In this document: positions 12,868 through 24,800 of the stretch, one piece after another | Position numbering within the stretch: the first letter of the stretch is position 1 | Layout: each line of letters opens with the position of its first letter | NCBI RefSeq assembly: GCF_018977255.1 | Contig: NW_024704753.1 | Span: 4,526,001-4,590,000, forward strand | Length of the DNA stretch: 64,000 bases | Direction: 5' to 3' | From: Callorhinchus milii | Lineage: Eukaryota | Program-made: the position numbers and the translations under genes | Notes under the pieces: generated by a model | The model's input: the letters and a program-made list of their open reading frames with translations, nothing else | The model's database searches: none | What the model was told of the DNA's origin: nothing

Positions 12868-14650
12868 CAACAACAACAACAAGATTACATTTATATAGCG
12901 CCTTTCACATCGGGAGGATGTCCCAAGGCGCTGGACAGTGTACAGCGGGGGGCGGGGAAGATAGGGGAGGGGAAGGGGGGGTGGCCGATGGCATGGTCGA
13001 AGAGGAGGGTCTTGAGGTGGGACTTGAAGGAGGCTGAGGAGGAAGTGAGGAGGAGTGACTGGGGGATGGAATTCCAGAGGTTGGGGGCAAAGTGGCTGAA
13101 GGCTCTCCCGCCAATGGTGGGACGGGTGGGTCGGGGGATGTGGAGCAGCCAGAGCCGGCTGAGTGGGGGGAGCGGGTGGGTTGGTAGGGGGTTAGGAGTT
13201 GCAGAGGTAGGGTGGGGCGAGGCCATGGAGGGCTTTGTATGTGAGGACCAGGATCTTGAACTGGATCCTCTGAAGGATAGGGAGCCAATGGAGTCGGGTG
13301 AGAGTGGGGGAGATGGGGTCACGGAGTTTGGTGTGGGAGAGGTCATGGGCTGCAGAGTTCTGGATTATCTGCAACCTGTGGAGGGAGGAGTTGGGAAGGC
13401 CGACAAGGAGGGCGTTTGCATAGTCGAGGCGGGAGGTGATGAAGGCATGAACAAGAGTTTCAGCGGCCTGAGGGGTGAGATAGTGGTGGAGTCGGGCGAT
13501 GTTACGGAGGTGAGGGAAGGCAGAGCGGGTCATGGCTTGAATGTGGGGGAAAAAAGACAGTTGAGGGTTGAAGAAGACACCCAGGTTCCTAACTGGCTGG
13601 TGAGTTGAAGTGTGCAACTATGGAGGTTGATGCTGCCAGGGCCTGAGGTGCGGAGGCGCTGGCGCGAGCCAATCAGGAGGGCCTCAGTCTTGTTCACATT
13701 CAACTGTAGGAAATTTACCCTCATCCAGGACTTGGTGTCCGACAGACAGTCTGTCAGGACGGCAGTGGTCCTGGAGTTGAGGGTGGGGGCAGAAAGATAG
13801 AGTTGGGTGTCATCCGCATACATCTGGAAGTTGATCCCATGTCTGTGGATGATGTCACCAAGGGGGAGCATGTAGATATTAAAGAGGAGAGGGCCAAGGA
13901 CAGAGCCCTGGGGGACGACAGATGTGACAGTGCGGGGGCTGGAGGAGAAACCGTGAGAGGCAATGAAGTGTAGATGGTGAGAGAGATAGGAATTGAACCA
14001 GGCAAGGGCAGATCCGTGAAGATTGAATAAAGTGGAGAGGCGGTGTATGAGGATGGAGTGGTCGACAGTGTCGAAGGCGGCTGAGAGGTCGAGGAGGACA
14101 AGGAGGCAGAGGAAGCCCTGATCACAGATGTTCAGAATGCCATTAGAGACTTTGACCAGGACTGTTTCCGTGCTGTGGGCAGTGAGGATTGGAGGGCTTC
14201 AAAGAGGGAATGGCGAGAGAGAAAGGAGTGGAGCTGGGACGCGACGACTCATTCCAGGACCTTGGAGGGGAATGGGAGGTTAGAGATGGGGTGATAGCTG
14301 GAGAGGAGGGATGGATCCAGGGAAGGTTTTTTCAGGATCGGGGTGATGACGATTGTTTTTAGGAGGGTGGGAATTGAACCGGTGGACAAGGAGAGGTTGA
14401 TGACATCGGACAGGAGAGGGGCCAGAAGGTGGAGCTGGGAGACGAGGAGAGAGGTGGGGATGGGATCGAGGAAGCAGGTGGTGAGTTTGAGTTTGCGGAC
14501 AGTCGTGGTGAGGGAGGAGGGAGAGATAGGGTCGAAGGAATATTGGGGGGGAATGGGTGGGGGGGTTGGGTCATGAGGGAGAGGTGATGTGGGGGGTGGC
14601 TGTGGATGGGGCTGAGGTGGCTGAACGTATACCCTCGATAGCACCCAAAA
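12868..14650 (-). mobile_element. 5'-truncated, frameshifted L2-clade LINE (ORF2 reverse transcriptase and 3' UTR)
   Basis: Pieces in different frames encode PILKKPSLDP..YHPISNLPF, LLDLSAAFDTVDH, PQGSVLGPLLF, MYADDTQLY, LVHAFITSRLDYAN and LHWLPI..RIQFKIL. Ends in (TTG)n. Confidence 0.95.
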
Positions 14651-15519
14651 GGCATTCTCCTCTGAATTAGTGAATTAGAGGAATTTTCACTTTGCTTAAA
14701 AATGTTGGGTGCTAATCAATGGTTCCAGCTTAGTTTGTCAAGTGTGGGGGGGGGGGGGCAGCAGCCTGGTATTAATGTTTTCAAAATTTTTTAAAAAATT
14801 TACCCCAGTAGCTCAGTGTATATATAAAAACGTTGAGACAAATATCATTTCAAAATCCTAACAAATGACTTGAACCCTGGTTTTAGAGGCTGAACCATTA
14901 CTCTATGTATCAAAGGAGGAAAACAGATCACCAGGGGGTCAACCCTCTTGGAGGAGACTCTGTGAATTCCGTAAGACTGGGAGCTGGAGAGTCCTAATGA
15001 GGCTTCACAGAGTGTATGTGGGAATGAATTCCACGTTAAGGATTTTCTTTGAGAAATCCCAAGAGTGGGTATCGGAGCAGTTTGCCAGAGTGCAAGAAAC
15101 AAAAAACATGGGCACATTCATCCACAATTGCAAATATATTGCAATAGACATTGGATCAAAATAACATGGGATCAGATGAACTGAGGAGCTGACTCGGACT
15201 TGCACTAGCCATCGTCATTAACTCTGCTCAAAGTATCGTCCAGGCTGTATTTTTATTTGGTCAGTTTTCGTGCCCCTGTCCTCTCTTAAAGATTCAAGCT
15301 CAGTCTCGGAGATGAAATTGAATAGGCGGCCTTTTTTACTTCATCCAAGTGAAGCTGTCTTCTCTTGAAGGACTGACCTTTTGATTTGAAAACTTTTATG
15401 GTTCGCCAACAAAATACATTTTCTTGATTTTATACCAGAATATTCAGTCAAGAAAAACCTGAAGATACACACTTACCTAATCCCGTGCGAAGGATGAGAG
15501 AGAGGCTTCTTGAAGGCCC

Positions 15520-15563
15520 CATGGGTCACTTCTGGCCCGCAGGCCATAGGTTGTCCACCACTG
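15520..15563 (-). mobile_element. One end of a hAT-Charlie/MER58-like DNA transposon
   Basis: Minus strand reads cagtggtggacaacctatggcctgcgggccaga, flanked by atctagga (resembles the NTCTAGAN target). The other end was not found. Confidence 0.55.
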
Positions 15564-16218
15564 ATCTAGGAGCTTTCTGTTCTGATCGAGGGCAATTAGT
15601 GCAGGAGGACAACAATACTCGTGGTCTGTAGTGGCCGGTGGGTTGTATGGTGATGGGGTTGGGGAGGAGGTAGCTCAGGAACATTATTGGATGAAGATAA
15701 ATAGTACAGGGGCTGTGGTCATGCTGGCTCTTTTCTTTAGAATCTAAGGCTAATACAGATAGCAAGGTCCTTATTACTATGGCACAGTAGCACTCATTAT
15801 GCACTGGACTCCTTATAACAGCAAGTGTTCTCTTATTCCCTTGAAAGTATAATGAGAATTTCTGCGCAGCCACTAGGAAACAAATGGTCACACACCACCC
15901 AGACGAAGACGCATTCATTAAAGTGACTTTCTCTAATGCCTGCCCGCCCCCCCCTCCTCTTCCCCATTAACAGAAAGAACATCCTTAATTTTACAAAGAA
16001 ACACGCCAATATTACACTCCGCAAAGAGTCCCAATCGACTGCTCACTAGTACAAAAGTGCAACGATTCAGCTGTGAGGGCATGTTACTGCGCATGTCACA
16101 TCCACAAATAAAACACCATCAGTGTTGTGATCAAACTGTGTGGATACATAGATGCCACTCATCTGACAATATAGTACTGCATTACACTGTACCTTACACA
16201 GATCCAATAAGATTTCCT

Positions 16219-16860
16219 GTCAGCCTGGCTCAGTTGGTGGCACTCTCACCTCTGAGTCAGAAGGTTGTGGGTTCAAACACTGTGACTGGCATTTTGAGCT
16301 CATAATCTAGGATGACACGACAATGCAGTGTCTGGAAACCCTGCACTATTGCTGGTGGCCTCCTTTGAATGAGATGTTAAACCAAGGTTCTGTCTAGTAT
16401 CAGACTGGCTCCTTGAAATGGCTCAGGATTATCAGGTAAAATGAGGGCGCCAATTCGTTGGGGGGAGTGGGGGGTGGAGGGAGGTGGTGGGGTTGTTGAT
16501 TTATGGGGGGGGTGCCAAAAAGCATCAAACACAAGCGGGGTTAAAGACGTGATTGGAACTTCTGAACTAAGCTGCAATGGTGGTCAGCATCAGGAACCAT
16601 TCATTGGGGCATTAGGGTAATTTCCCGATTTCCCATATATCCAGTCTGCCCCTGGTTCTGTCTGCCTGTGCAGATAAATGTTTGAGAGCCCATGGCACTA
16701 CTCAAAAGGAGAAGGGAGTTGTAGATTATCCGGGCTTACAATCCCTCAGATGAAAAAAAAATGGTAATTTATGGCTGTTTGTGGGACTTTACTGTGCGTA
16801 AATTGGCTGCTGGCATTCACCTACAAATACACTACACTTCACTTTGAGATGTTTCAATGA
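16219..16860 (+). mobile_element. Old Deu-domain SINE (SacSINE1/AmnSINE1-like) interrupted by a MITE
   Basis: tRNA-like head gtcagcctggctcagttgg...gggttcaaa, then gagatgttaaaccaagg, resuming after 16654 with cccatggcacta and ggctgtttgtgggac. Confidence 0.8.
16395..16654. mobile_element. 260-bp hAT-type MITE
   Basis: 8-bp direct repeat GTTCTGTC at 16387-16394 and 16655-16662. Imperfect TIRs tagtatcagactgg / ccagtctgcccctg. Confidence 0.75.
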
Positions 16861-16865
16861 TGCGC

Positions 16866-17005
16866 TAATAATAATATTAATCCTTGCATTTGATATAGCG
16901 CCTTATCGTGTAATCGAGACGCCTCAAAGCACTTCACAGGATAAACTAAAGTGTAGTGACTGTGTATTTTGTGGGCGAAATGCGGCAGCCAATCGCGCAC
17001 AGCAG
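16866..17005 (-). mobile_element. Young SINE 3' fragment inserted in the tail of the older SINE
   Basis: taatccttgcatttgatatagcgcc ... cagccaatcgcgcacagc. Confidence 0.85.
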
Positions 17006-17293
17006 TGGGGGGTTATATGAAATACCAAGATGACTATATGGGAAATTTATGCTGAATTCACTCCGCACTGCACTTGCAGTTTTGAGTGTTGGGAGCAAGG
17101 CTCATTGTTCTCTGTCGACATATCAGATGGAGCACAACTTACACGACTGCAAAACAGAGCTCAATTTAATAGCTCCTGACTAAGTTTACCTTTGCTTTCA
17201 AAAAGAAGTTCTAAGTACTTCTAAAAGTTGTACAGATTTGTAGAGGAATTAGATGCTATATGAAGCGGAGGAGCATTGACTCTGCTTCAAGGT

Positions 17294-17618
17294 TAATAAT
17301 AATAATAATATAATATTCCTTGCATTTGATATAGTGCTTTTCATGTCTTCGAGACGTCTCAAAGTGCTTCACAGAATATACTGTAAAGAATATACTGAAT
17401 ATACTGTAAAGTGAATTGACTGCATGTTTGTGGGCGAAACGTGGCAGCCAATTGCGCACAGCAGGGTCCCGCAAATTTTTTTTTTTTTTTTCCTTGAAGG
17501 ATTATCATCAGCCGTGAGGAGTAAGGAAACTTGCCCAAGGTTTTGCTCTGTTGGGAATCAAACTCAGGTCTCTCACTTGTGAGGTGAGTGCTCTAACCAC
17601 TGAGCTACAGGACTCCAC
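17294..17618 (-). mobile_element. Full-length young SINE (short variant)
   Basis: Head gtggagtcctgtagctcagtggttagagc on the minus strand. Small internal tandem duplication of gaatatactg near 17375-17410. Confidence 0.92.
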
Positions 17619-17724
17619 ATGAGGAAATCCATCACCATATGTAAGAGTATCCAAACTAAACTGCGAGTTCCATGCATCCCACCTCTACGTAGAAATTTCA
17701 TAGAAATTTGTTGGGATGCTTACT

Positions 17725-17958
17725 TAATTCCGAAAAGTGTAAGGCACAGGTTGGCAATAACCAAGGCTAGGGGACCTCAGAGTGGTCATTGCTGGAGTCT
17801 AACTAGCTAAAACTGTATAGCTTGACATTAAGACCACTGTCTGGCAAGCTATCCCGCTGCTTATCCAGCTTGGACCACCCAATTCAATAGGGCTTTGGCT
17901 TGCAGGGTTAACGGGAGTTGATTGGAAAGAGTCCCTGTCCTCAGTGACAACATCAATA
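17725..17958 (-). repeat. Unclassified ~230-bp dispersed repeat, copy A
   Basis: Reverse complement aligns by eye along 38772-38980. Confidence 0.75.
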
Positions 17959-20704
17959 CAGTCAATCTTGACCTCGGTTGAAATTCCTCGTCCAAAATGT
18001 TAACGGGAACAGCCTTGCTGTTGAAATCTTGGCACAGAAGCAATAGCAAAGGTGAAATATGAAGGCAGCAATGCAGCATGATTGTGAATGGACAACCTAA
18101 TAATCTTTGCATGCTTTGGAATTAGAGCACCAAAATAAAAGCAGTAAAAGCGTACAACAAGAATCAATGGAGAAAAAAAACTCAAGAGAAACTGACAAAA
18201 GAAAACTGCCAAGTGATTGTGAGATGGAACGTGAGAAATAGCCAATTTGATCCAGTTGAGAAAGATAGTTTTTTTTAAATAATTCAAAACCCTTATGCAA
18301 ACTCTGCCCTTCTCTCTGACTTGCAAACTGACAGGTCTCGATTGAGAGAGAGAGAGAGAGAAATTGAAATGATCTGGTTAGGCTGTTTTGTGAGGAAGTA
18401 AGAGAGACTGTGTGGGATCTAAGTGTTTTTTTTATATATGAAAGAGTAGGTGGAATTGTGTGAGGATATGAGTGTGTGCAGTGGGCTGCATTTGAATGTG
18501 TGTCGGCAGTGGTTAGTGATGCATCTCTGGTGCTTTTAATCAGACTCACCCTACACTTTCCGTATCTGGAATGAGAGTAGTCAAGTGGAAAAAATCATAT
18601 CAAACAGGTGCAATTCAACAGCTCCAGAGACCAGAATTGATCTCAAGGCTGGCCACTGCCACTGGCTGTACCGAGGTCAACTCTGAACCACATCTCAGCT
18701 TTCTGTGCTCCTGCTATTTCTTTTGTGTTATCTGAACAGGTTGTGGATTTCAATGTTCAGCCATGCAAAGCTTTTATACTTCACAAGTGTTGTAAGGAGA
18801 ACTTTAATACATGGATTAAGTACAAATACTGGTGTGCACTTACCCTAACATACTGTGTAAAATAGATATTTGAGGGTAAGTTACATCAAAACTAGTCTGC
18901 ATTTATCAGGGCCTGAGGCTCCTAATCATTTCACAACTTAGTCCTTTTGTTCTTCATGTTGGGTGAAATTAGGCACTCACTTCAATCCAATATCTGCTGT
19001 AGTGAGACTTTACAGCAATGTCCCTCTACATGTAGTGAGGCTTTTTACAAAGATGTCCTTCTATCATGTTTATGGTCAATAGTTTGTCGGCTGCACTGAG
19101 ACCATTTGCAGTGATGTCCCAGAGCAATGTGAGGTTTACCCCTAGGTCCTTCTGTGCAGTCACGTCCTCCTGTTTCGGTTGAGCACTGGACCGGAGCACG
19201 ACTTTCAGTGGGACGTTTGCAAATTAATTTGGAATTATTTTTAAAGACAGCACGTTAAGTTTCTCTCATTTATTTCAGCCACTGCGCCAGCGAGAAATCG
19301 AGGCTTCAAACCACAGCTAAACCGATGGCCTGCCTTCCCCCAGATCCCAGGTCTGTTGGCAAATCTGTGCACATGTGGAAATATCCACCTGGACTTTCAA
19401 GACGTGTGAGATTGAAGTACATTTTATACACTGAACAATACAGTGAATCCTTGGGGTTTTCGACACTGCTTTTACTGCTTTACAGGAACTCAGAGTACAC
19501 CCAGAGTACAGTTGAAACAGACATGCTAGAGTAACATAGGAAATAGTGAAGTATCCATTCCCCACTGTTGCTAGTGTTTGCTGTGCTTACGGTCATTTTA
19601 CAGGCAAATTATAAGAGACACTTGTGCTTGTTCCAACACTGGCTTGAACCAACAGCGTCAGAGTAAGGCATTGGTGTGCTGCACGACCCAGTGTGCCACT
19701 GTGATACAGTGTTTGGACAGCTTTCTCGTAGGCTGCTAAACGGAGACGTGCTTTGGGACAAGCAAGTCAGGTACACACTGCTCTTTAAAATGATTTGGTT
19801 AAGAGCCTATCCCACGTCTTCACTGGGCTATAGTTAAAATGGCAATCAAAAAGTTACCCACTATGGGCCTATCCATCCGTATCATGTCAAGCCTAGGCTT
19901 GATCAACTCACTTGCTTGAATAAAGATTGTCCTCAGTTTGGTTAAGGAAACGAAGCCTGACCTTTCTGGCTTCACAGAAACCCGGGAAAGAAAAATCTAC
20001 ATATTAATATGAGTGACAGACAGCTTCCAGATTCTATCCGATGAAACATGTCACCATTGACTGTTAACTCGTGATTGTAAAGTATCAAATAGAAAGCTAT
20101 CGGCGGGAGCTTGCTTTGCTTCTCTTAGGCTTGGAGGTTAGAGGCAGCAGTAGATAGTGGAATCTGTGTACACGGTTTATCCGACTTGCATATCTATTAA
20201 TGTGATATCAATTTACCAAGTTCTAAAATGTTTTAATTAGACTCTAAGTACAATCTCTACACAATTCCTAATCATTTCAATTCCACAGAGATAGGGCAAG
20301 CCAGCGGTTCTTCCTGGGTGAAAAGAAATGATGATTACTCAATATAAAAATAAATCGCAGCATGGGAAGAAATATGTCAAATAATTTTAATGTAAGTATT
20401 GGCCAATGTATTGTACCTATTACTGGGTATTCTGTGCCTCAGCTTTCTGAGTTTTTCTGATCCTGAATTCTCTGGTGTTTGCAGCTGATGCCAGACAAGT
20501 GTGTGACACAGATCCATTTGAATATAACACATATCCATTTGTAGCCATTATTGTAATTTCCGAAAAAATATTCCTCATCTGAATATAACCTTTGTTTATT
20601 CATGTGTGTCAAGCTAAATGTCACGTACCCCAGCTATGCTACATCTGCCAGACTGCATCCCAGTTGAAACATGCAGGCTGATTTGTGATAGACTATTCTT
20701 TCAT

Positions 20705-20812
20705 ACACACGTGATCACACACACACACGAACACACACACACACACAGGCACATACGTGCATACAAGCACACATATATGCACACAGACACATACAAACAC
20801 AATGACACACAG
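20705..20812. repeat. (CA)n-rich low-complexity tract
   Basis: Interrupted CACACA runs. Confidence 0.85.
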
Positions 20813-20962
20813 ACGCCTACACCCGCATAGAACTATACTACAAGGACTTCGAAACAGAGAGGTTTCAACTATAGAAACACAAGCTATTATCTAATTCCTC
20901 CCAGTCTCCCACCTCTTGTCGGGTTTACATTCTGCTGCTTGCTGTATAGAGCGCTGACTCAC

Positions 20963-21085
20963 ATTTCCTTCTCAGAATCGTAGCTCTTGCAGAAATCGCA
21001 GCCATCGCGGTGTTTCTCTTGTGATGACATCCCATGCTCCACTCTTGTCAGAAACGGTGAGACGCGTTTCCCTGGAGGCCCCGAC
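20963..21085 (-). other. Candidate 123-nt exon of an unidentified transcript
   Basis: Acceptor tctcctctgccccttacttttctcag|G and donor AAT|gtgagt. CpG-enriched. One open frame, phase 2-2: SGPPGKRVSPFLTRVEHGMSSQEKHRDGCDFCKSYDSEKE. No homologue recognised. Confidence 0.4.
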
Positions 21086-21431
21086 CTGAGAAAAGTAAGG
21101 GGCAGAGGAGACGGGAACACCGCCGGGCTATCATGTGGCTTTATTCCCGATTTCCCCTCCCGCTATTTAGATGGGGGCTAATCGAGGAAACCAGTGCCAA
21201 CTTTTCGGCACTTGGGCAGATCTTATGATGTCACAGTTTCCCAGCAGTAAATGCTGCGGTCACTGAGCCATTGGGAAAGGGATGTGAGGCGGTGATGATG
21301 ATGGTGATGACAGTGATGTAAGTGATAAAGACATGGTGATGGGCTACACCTATTACACAGTGTTCACCACCCCATAAGACAACCTGCCAAATATTTACAA
21401 TGCTTTTTAACAAAAAAAGCTCTTCTTCATA

Positions 21432-21570
21432 TTAATAATAATATATGTTCCTTGCATTTGATATAGGCTTTACTGCATCTTTGAGTCATCTCAAAGTTCT
21501 CTGCAGAGTATACAGTCAAGTGAATTGACTGTATATTCTGTAGGCGAAATGTGGCAGCCAATTGCCCACA
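21432..21570 (-). mobile_element. SINE 3' fragment
   Basis: ccttgcatttgatatagg ... gtggcagccaattg. Confidence 0.85.
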
Positions 21571-22149
21571 TTTGTGTCTCACATATTCCCGTATCTAAGC
21601 ACTTCCCTTATGAACTAATGGCGCGGTTATCAGGATTCAGCTCCGCATAGCTTAACACACGGCTCGTTACCCTCACGCAAAAATATTCGAGTAATAATAT
21701 TCAATGGCACACTGGTCGTTACTGGGCTTAAGCGATGCCCTCGCAGGCCTGCACTGGGACAACATTGGGAAAAAAAATGTTGAGCTTGTGACTCATTTTT
21801 TTTCACACACATTTCACATCTGGTGACAGCAGCCGTGAGTCACTTTCCAATTTGCATCTTGTTAGTGCTAAGCGCTCCTGCATCATGCGTGGGGCTGCAT
21901 GGTCCCTCACATTTACTACGCTGCGCCAAGCCACATTTTTATATTCTTCATGTTGAAACCCATGCTTTGCAGCACTGAGAGAGCCAAATTGGAGACAGTT
22001 TTGTGCTGGGGACTCGGGGGAATGCAGAGAGAGAGTCTGCCAGATCACATTTCACTCATGCTGTTCAAACAGTCATGAGAAAAGGACTGTTTTCTTCAGC
22101 AATCCCTGAGCTGGAATGAAAAAAAAGGTCCTTCAAACGTCCATGATAT

Positions 22150-23110
22150 GCTCGCTCATCCCAGTTTCTCTGTTGCACTTCAAGTACAGAAGGGCTGCTT
22201 ATTGCCATAACTAAATTGCCATTTACCAGCCGGCTCAGAAATAAAATAAAGATTACCTAGTTATCTTATTTACATGGACTGAATTGCAGTAAAATACAAC
22301 CTGATTTCTGCCTCTCATTTTGTCCCTATTAAAGCGGAGCAGAGCAACTCCAATTCACACAAGAGCTTACTTTAATAGTCAAAGCTGGCAAATTCCCAAT
22401 ATCACAATGTAGCAATTAGCAGCCCTGCTGTATTTGCTATTCATGGTTTGATGTAAAAACTTGTTTATTAAGATGGGCTGGAGGCACTGGTGTGCAATAG
22501 ACCTGGATGTAATTAGATTGCAATTATTTCTCTATTTCTGATATTGTAAACTGGCACTTAGCACATCAGTTAAATTGACACCGCACTGCATGGTTTACTC
22601 TGTAATTAAAACATGTTCTGTTAATTAGATGATGACCACTTTATTTCAGGCTCTTCTGTTTTGGTTTTGTTCACTGGTGTGTTTGTATCATAGACAGCCA
22701 GACGGTGCATTAATGAGTTCTTGTTTTGTTTCAATTACCACCTGTTATAGATAGCAAACGCTTCGCTCCCTCCCCTCTTTTTTTTTTGCCTTCATATTTT
22801 TGTTGTTGCTTCACTCCATATCAAATAGCGAACAGTTCTCTTGGAGAACCTTCACATTTAAACAGATTAATCGGCCACGCTTTTGTTTGTTTGCAAAGCG
22901 TCAAACCACGTTTTCAGAAATGCTTGGTTTTGGCATTTAAACCGGGTCACAAATGAAAACAATTGCCAAATCTGCTTTAGAAGCATAAAAATTCCAAATC
23001 CAACCGCATTCTCCTGCAATTAGTAATTACAGATCATAAACCAATTAATTCTTGTATCAGGCGGTTTTAATGGTGTTGATCAAAAGACACAAGCTTTTTT
23101 AAATCTCTTC
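22150..23110. promoter_or_regulatory. Putative conserved non-coding element or enhancer block
   Basis: Repeat-free and dense in TAAT/TAATTA, TGTTTA and TTTGAT motifs. Conservation could not be tested. Confidence 0.4.
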
Positions 23111-23564
23111 TTAAGGGTTTGCTTTTGTTTCCATGAAACCTACACTACGCTTGAAAATCAAGGGGTTCAGTTCTTACTGAGAAATCGAGCTCTCCTTTAC
23201 AATGGATAAAGGATGTGACTTTTATCCACAGGCATTGTAAGAATTTGTAATTTGTGTGCTTATTAATTTACATATATAAATATTTTTGCAGCAATAAGCT
23301 TTTCAATAAATGATTCACACATCAGATGTTCAATAAATTCTTCCTGGGATAAAAACATGTCAGATATAATGTGTATCTTACTTTGACACTCCTTGGGGCT
23401 GTAACATCCATTGCTTTCTGGTGAATATGTGCTGTGGTTCACATAACCATATCCTGCAGAAGAACATTGGCTTTCTTTGATGTTCAGAAATTACAGAATT
23501 CTCCTAAACATCCTAACAAGTTGCCTACAAAAATATACAGTCACCTCACATTATGTGAGAGGCA

Positions 23565-23716
23565 GATAATTATTTGGGGAGGACAAGTTTGCAGGGCTAT
23601 GGGGAGAGAGAGCGGGGGAGTGGGATTTAATTGGATAGCTCTTTTCAAAGAGCTGGCACAGACACAATGGGCCGAATGGCCTCCTTCTGTGCTGTATAAT
23701 GCTATGATTCTATGAT
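23565..23716 (+). mobile_element. CR1 3' end
   Basis: Nearly identical to 35410-35553. Ends in (ATTCTATG)-type repeats. Confidence 0.9.
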
Positions 23717-24535
23717 TAGAGTATCTATGAGACGCTTCGAGTCGTCCTCCCGTTGTTAATGAAGCCAAATGACCTTCAGAAAAAATAACAATTTCAGTCT
23801 TATTTTGTAATGGAAAATTAAGGTCTGCAACAAATAAGGCCCAGATCCTTCTTGATGCCAATCTGGGGCTGTGTTTGGATCTCATTACCCATTCCACTGT
23901 AGGCTCAACTTTTACTCCACCTGTGATCCTTATTCTGCCATGTTGCAGTGTGAAACAATGAAATATTGCACAGTTCCGAGTTTCTGTTTTACACTACAGT
24001 CTGAGAGACACTGAGAAATATTCAAACTGCCTTAAGGAAAATGCAGGCAGAGTCCAGGGTTTAAGGGGAAGGTGATGGGGTTACCAGAACACATATTTCT
24101 TATAATAGGTAGATTATAGGAATTCTACATAGCACTTTTACCAATTGCTTTCAGTATTGACCTTTCCCTTACCAGGAAGGGTGATAGAGGCTGGGACTGT
24201 TGAGTTATCTAATAAAGTGTCTTCATGTTGTGATAGGAAGACAGTAGGGTGGATGGTCTGGAGGGATGAGATCAAAGGGGTGGGAGGGCCTTCTTCATCT
24301 GAACACTCTTGCGTTCTTGCGACCTCGGAAAGTTACTACAAACAGTTGGCAAGAGTGGGTAGTCCAAGAGCGTGATGTATGTCCAAATCATTTGGAATAA
24401 AACTATCTGCACAGCAACAGAACTACGATTCCACTTGTTCAACAACAGCGCAAAGCCTCTTATTTCTTATAACAATCAAAAGCTGACTAAATGGTTGCAG
24501 GTGGTGATGAAAATAAGAGTCATCCATCATTATTT

Positions 24536-24800
24536 ATTAGCCATGAAAAAAAAACACACAATAATGTAATTTAATCTCAAAGAAAAAGACAATTATTTGC
24601 ACATATTGATAATATAACTTGAAAACTGTCGAAATATTAGCGTTCTAATATGATGTTTGGGTTTTTATTGCTTTAGCACCATTAGCCATGAAAAATAATG
24701 TAATTCCATCAGAAAGGGAAAAAAGACAATTATTCAGATATGCTAACAATGTGGATAGCGCACAGTCCTGAATAATTGCATTCTATTTGGTTGCATGTTA
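24536..24800. repeat. Degenerate tandem duplication, period ~145 bp
   Basis: attagccatgaaaaa...ataatgtaatt...aaaaagacaattatt starts at both 24536 and 24681. Confidence 0.75.

Noticed and set aside
12850-13608. Longest ORF (252 aa, + strand, Gly/Glu-rich)
   Set aside because: It is the antisense reading of the L2 reverse-transcriptase fragment.
21671-21748. 78-nt minus-strand exon candidate
   Set aside because: Weak donor (gtaacg), and its phase puts the next candidate exon into a stop-containing frame.
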